Assembly (NCBI RefSeq): GCF_000027325.1
Contig: NC_000908.2
Span: 360,001-392,000, forward strand
Length of the DNA: 32,000 nucleotides
Direction: 5' to 3'
DNA from: Mycoplasmoides genitalium G37
GTDB taxonomy: Bacteria; Bacillota_I; Bacilli_A; Mycoplasmatales; Mycoplasmoidaceae
Made by a program: the position numbers and the translations under genes
Part shown: positions 27,916 through 32,000 of the stretch, in pieces
Layout: every line of letters begins with the position of its first letter
Position numbering within the stretch: the first letter of the stretch is position 1
Notes under the pieces: model-generated
The model's input: only the letters and a program-made list of their open reading frames with translations
What the model was told of the DNA's origin: nothing
Databases searched by the model: none

Positions 27916-30900
27916 TTAATAATCAAGGCTAAAATCACCACTGCTTTCAAATAAGTCTTCATCTAATAATGAACTGAAATTGGAAGTACGATCAGGAACT
28001 AGTGTTTCTATATCCAAATCATTAACACTAAAAGCACTCATTGAATCCATTACTTTGGCATCAATGTCAACAAAATCATTGTTAAAACCTTCAAATTCAA
28101 AATCGATGTTACGATCCATGTTTTCATAGATAAAATCATCTAACTGTTCATTGGAGATGTTATCAAAAGTGTTGGAAAAATCTATTAAATCATCCATTAA
28201 CTGATTAGGTTCTACTAACCCATTATCTGTTACACTATCAAAATTGCTTAAAAGTAAAGGATCTTTTTCTTTCTTTGCAAAGCGGAGCGTATTATCAAGC
28301 TTATTAATGTTGTTCATAATAGTTTCACAACAAGAGTTATAAACAGTTTTAAGTTGTTTTAAACTACCTTGAATGCTTTCTATCTTCTTTTCATTTTCAG
28401 TGATAGCACGTTGAACATGACGCATAATTTCTCCAGATTTTTGCAGTTGTTCATAACTATTACTTGGTTTGTAAGCAATAGCAAAATCACTAGCTAATGA
28501 TCTGATCATTTCTTCTTTTTGAAGTGTTGTTAGATTCTTAGCGTTATTAAATTGAACGTTAAGGTTCTCATTTTGATCAATTAAACGGGAAAGTTCACTT
28601 TGTAATTCCTTTTTAATTATTAAGTAACGTTCACTAATTTGGTTCTTATAGTTGGTAACAAAATCATTGAGATGGATAAATGATTGTTTAACAGACATCT
28701 GATAATCATTCATTTGAAAGATTGCATCAAAGTTAATTGTAGGGTTTAATTCACCACGTTTCAATTCACTAATAATCTTGTAAAGATCTGATTTTTTATT
28801 GAAATTATCAAGTTCACTTTTATCTTCAACCGATTGCTTATTTTGAGTAATTGAGTGTTCTTCAACAGGTTCTTTTGCTTTGACAAAAACTTCAATTTTA
28901 GGTTGTTGGTCTTCGCTATTAACAGTATTGATAGTTAGTTGATCATCTTTTTTATCGAGTCTTACTGATTCACTAGTAACAATTGATTGATTATTTAAGC
29001 TATTAATTTGTTGCAATTGGACAGATAATGTTTTTGCAAGTGTTTTGGAATCTTCAGTTATGGAATTAATGGTAATTTGTTCTTGCTGACTTTCTTTATT
29101 ATCTAAAGCTAAAGTTTCAACTGGTTTATATTCAATACGGTTGGATACAAAACTAATAGGTAAAGTTGTAGGGATTTGGGGTGAACTTTTTTTGGTAGTG
29201 ATAGTTATCTTATTATCAGACTGAATATCAAATTTCTGTAAATTATTAGTGTAGTTACTAGTTTCAACTACATCTTGTTTATTGAAACTACTTTCTAAAA
29301 CTGGCTCCTTAGTTATTTCAGGTTTGAATTGATCGTTAACTTCGCTATTTACTTGATCAAACTGCTCAACTGTTGGTTGAGTTTCAAATGAAGAAGAAAA
29401 AGTTGTTTGGTCTTGTTGATCTGTATCAATTGGTAATTGGTAACTATCAACTACTTGGGCTTGTTTACTTTCAAAATCAGTAGTTACTTCTTTTTCAGCA
29501 GTTGGTTGTATTTCCTCATTATTATCAAGATTAGCTTGAACTTGATCAAATCCAACTTGATAATTATTTTGTTCTTCAGCAACTGGTTTGAGCTCTTCAT
29601 GGTGATCAAAGTTGTACTGAACATGATCATCTAAAGAAGGTTGGTCAAGGGTTGGTTGAGGTAAATCACTGTCAAAGCTGTAGCTATCAGTTGTTGATTC
29701 AGGTTGTTTTGCAAAATGATCATCTGAAGAAGGCTGGTCAACAACTGATTCAGGTTGTTTTACTTCTGGTGGTAGGTCGTTATCAAAACCATAGTTTTCA
29801 TCAGTTGGTTGTTTTGCAAAATAATCATCTGAAGAAGGCTGGTCAAGAGTTGGTTTTAGCTCTTCATTTTGATAAATGTCGTATTGAACTTGATCAACTG
29901 GTTCAGATTGACTTTCAAAGTGTGCATCAGGTGCAGTTTCACTATTAAACTTAACAGGTTCAGACTCTAACGAATTATTGCTGTTTGATTGAGATAAATC
30001 ACTCCCAAATTTATAGTCATGAATTGGTTCAGATTTACTTTCATAATGCACATCATCAGATGCAGTTTCACTATTACTATTAAGTTGAATGAATTCAGAA
30101 TTTAATGAATCATTGTTAGTTGCATCTTTGTTGTTTTCAGAGTAAAGATTAGATTCAGAATTTAAGTCACTAGTTTCAACTACATCTTGTTTATTGAAAC
30201 TACTTTCTAAAACTGGCTCCTTAGTTATTTCAGGTTTGAATTGATCGTTAACTTCGCTATTTACTTGATCAAACTGCTCAACTGTTGGTTGAGTTTCAAA
30301 TGAAGAAGAAAAAGTTGTTTGGTCTTGTTGATCTGTATCAATTGGTAATTGGTAACTATCAACTACTTGGGCTTGTTTACTTTCAAAATCAGTAGTTACT
30401 TTTTTTTCAGCAGTTGGTTGTATTTCCTCATTATTATCAAGATTAGCTTGAACTTGATCAAATCCAACTTGATAATTATTTTGTTCTTCAGCAACTGGTT
30501 TGAGCTCTTCATGGTGATCAAAGTTGTACTGAACATGATCATCTAAAGAAGGTTGGTCAAGGGTTGGTTGAGGTAAATCACTGTCAAAGCTGTAGCTATC
30601 AGTTGTTGATTCAGGTTGTTTTGCAAAATGATCATCTGAAGAAGGTTGGTCAACAACTGATTCAGGTTGTTTTACTTCTGGTGGTAGGTCGTTATCAAAA
30701 CCATAGTTTTCATCAGTTGGTTGTTTTGCAAAATAATCATCTGAAGAAGGCTGGTCAACAACTGATTCAGGTTGTTTTACTTCTGGTGGTAGGTCGTTAT
30801 CAAAACCATAGTTATCTTCAACTGATTCAGGTTGTTTTACTTCTGGTGGTAAATCGTTATCAAAACCATAGTTATCTTCAACTGATTCAGGTTGTTTTAC

Positions 30901-31335
30901 TTCTGGTGGTAAATCACTGTCAAAACCATAGTTTTCATCAGTTGGTTGAGATTCTTTAGTGGAGATCCACTGGTCATTTTCAAAGTAACCAGATCAAACC
31001 CACTCACCATTTTCATCATAAGAACCATAGTCAGGGTTACCAACATACTTTAAATAATCATTCTCTTCTTGCTTTTCATCAAAAACAAACGGATTCCCAT
31101 TTTCATCAAAGAGTTGGGAGATATCATATTCAGTATCTCCATAAGGATCATAGTAAACCCCTGTTTCTTTGTTAAAAGCTATATAATAGCCATTACCATC
31201 AGCATCATATGCTACCTTAATATTAGGGTCTTCTTCAACAGTGGATTTACCATCATAAAGATCACCAAAAATGTTTTCAGGTTCGGTTTGGGTATAGTTT
31301 TTTTCTTCAAAAACCGATTGCTTGTTTTTAGCCAT
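27916..31335 (-). CDS. hmw1: Cytadherence accessory / terminal-organelle protein HMW1 (UGA=Trp, 1139 aa)
   Basis: Pieces 27916..30051 and 30994..31338 share one frame. ATG at 31335 (the track starts one codon earlier at TTG). Acidic, Pro/Gln-rich repeats; N-terminal EAGR-like aromatic/Gly-rich block. Confidence 0.92.
29257..29846. repeat. 590-bp direct repeat, copy A (inside hmw1)
   Basis: Aligns by eye with 30169..30758 at constant offset 912 bp with only two mismatches. Confidence 0.95.
30169..30758. repeat. 590-bp direct repeat, copy B (inside hmw1)
   Basis: Second copy, offset +912 bp (304 codons, in frame). The duplicate antisense ORFs 29437..29634 and 30349..30546 in the track are identical because of it. 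Confidence 0.95.
30761..30940. repeat. Three tandem 60-bp units in hmw1 (20-aa unit [20 protein letters not shown] and variants)
   Basis: ACTGATTCAGGTTGTTTTACTTCTGGTGGT... recurs at 30761, 30821 and 30881 with exact 60-bp period and few substitutions. Confidence 0.93.
30955..31060 (-). other. EAGR-box-like segment of HMW1
   Basis: Translates to [33 protein letters not shown], enriched in aromatic and Gly residues, as in Mycoplasma terminal-organelle proteins. Confidence 0.8.
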
Positions 31336-31394
31336 CAAGAAAAGTTATTTATGCCAGTTTAGTCAAGCTTGATTATAAAACTTATCGCTTCGCT

Positions 31395-32000
31395 CTAACT
31401 CTTCCATGAAAGCGTAAATAGTAATAAATAATTTTTTAAATTATTTTCCACAATCCCTATTAAAGGGTAAAACAAAGCTACATAGATAGGTAATAATAAC
31501 GCTTGCACCAATACTCTTGGTAAAAGAAAGAAATAAACCCCATACAAAACAAAGTTATTACTTGGTCTGCCATTATTAATAAAAGTAATAAACTCAATGG
31601 CAGCAATTGTCCCCAAAAGGATAGAAACAACTACTGACATTAAAACCATTAGAACCAAGCTATAAATAGTTAAAAGTGCTTGTTCTTTATTTCTCTTTTT
31701 TACATAAACAAACCCTAAAAATCCTTCTGTTACTAAAAAGAAAATAACAAAGCTAACTAAAGTTATGATTTGTAAAACAACAACATTAACACTAAGATCA
31801 GCAGTTTGAAAATTTTTTGTTCCAATTTGCTGAAACTCATTATTAGTTAGATAAAGTAAAAGCAGTGTTACACTAACAACAAAAAAAGTTACTAATAGTG
31901 TTTGTAACACCCAAAAATCAACCTTGTAATTACTGGCATTTTTTCTAACTAGATAAATCCCTTTAACTATGCCAGCAAGAAAAGCAAAGAGTGGCTTTTG
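31395..32000 (-). CDS. Hypothetical multi-pass membrane protein, C-terminal part (start beyond right edge; UGA=Trp)
   Basis: TAG at 31395. Open frame continues past track ORF start 31910 to the window edge (...KPLFAFLAGIVKGIYLVRKNASNYKVDFWVLQTLLVTFFVVSVTLLLLYL). Confidence 0.8.
   Translation of the reverse strand, partial: QKPLFAFLAGIVKGIYLVRKNASNYKVDFWVLQTLLVTFFVVSVTLLLLYLTNNEFQQIGTKNFQTADLSVNVVVLQIITLVSFVIFFLVTEGFLGFVYVKKRNKEQALLTIYSLVLMVLMSVVVSILLGTIAAIEFITFINNGRPSNNFVLYGVYFFLLPRVLVQALLLPIYVALFYPLIGIVENNLKNYLLLFTLSWKS

Noticed and set aside
30761-30940. CRISPR-like periodic repeats
   Set aside because: The 60-bp units are contiguous with no unique spacers, encode an in-frame 20-aa protein repeat, and no cas genes are present.
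29437-30959. Plus-strand ORFs (29437..29634, 29652..29948, 30349..30546, 30564..30959) with repetitive Val/Leu/Gln-rich translations
   Set aside because: They are antisense to the repeat-coding frame of hmw1. Their apparent conservation between copies is a by-product of the 912-bp-offset duplication, and the protein-like similarity lies on the minus strand.

Overview
This window is a compact, AT-rich block of bacterial core genome that uses the Mycoplasma genetic code (UGA = Trp). The provided ORF track was translated with UGA as stop, so most real genes appear as 2-5 in-frame pieces. Reading TGA as Trp and joining the pieces gives 22 tightly packed genes, 21 on the minus strand and one on the plus strand. 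From memory (not database-checked) the order matches Mycoplasma genitalium MG292-MG313: alaS (partial), glycerophosphodiester phosphodiesterase, MFS-type transporter, mnmA/trmU, hypothetical, ftsY, smc, pta, pgk, gap, EcfT-like permease, two ECF ATPases, dnaK, membrane protein, large lipoprotein, DEAD-box-like helicase, second large lipoprotein, alpha/beta hydrolase (+), rpsD, hmw1 and a partial membrane protein. Non-coding signals include a near-perfect CIRCE operator over the putative dnaK promoter and a Rho-independent-type terminator after dnaK. The most striking repeat is a 590-bp, two-mismatch, in-frame direct duplication inside hmw1, next to three tandem 60-bp units. The paralogous lipoprotein genes carry Ser/Asn trinucleotide microsatellites. 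I see no mobile element, CRISPR array, rRNA, recognisable tRNA or defence-type cassette, and no evidence of a wholly new system.
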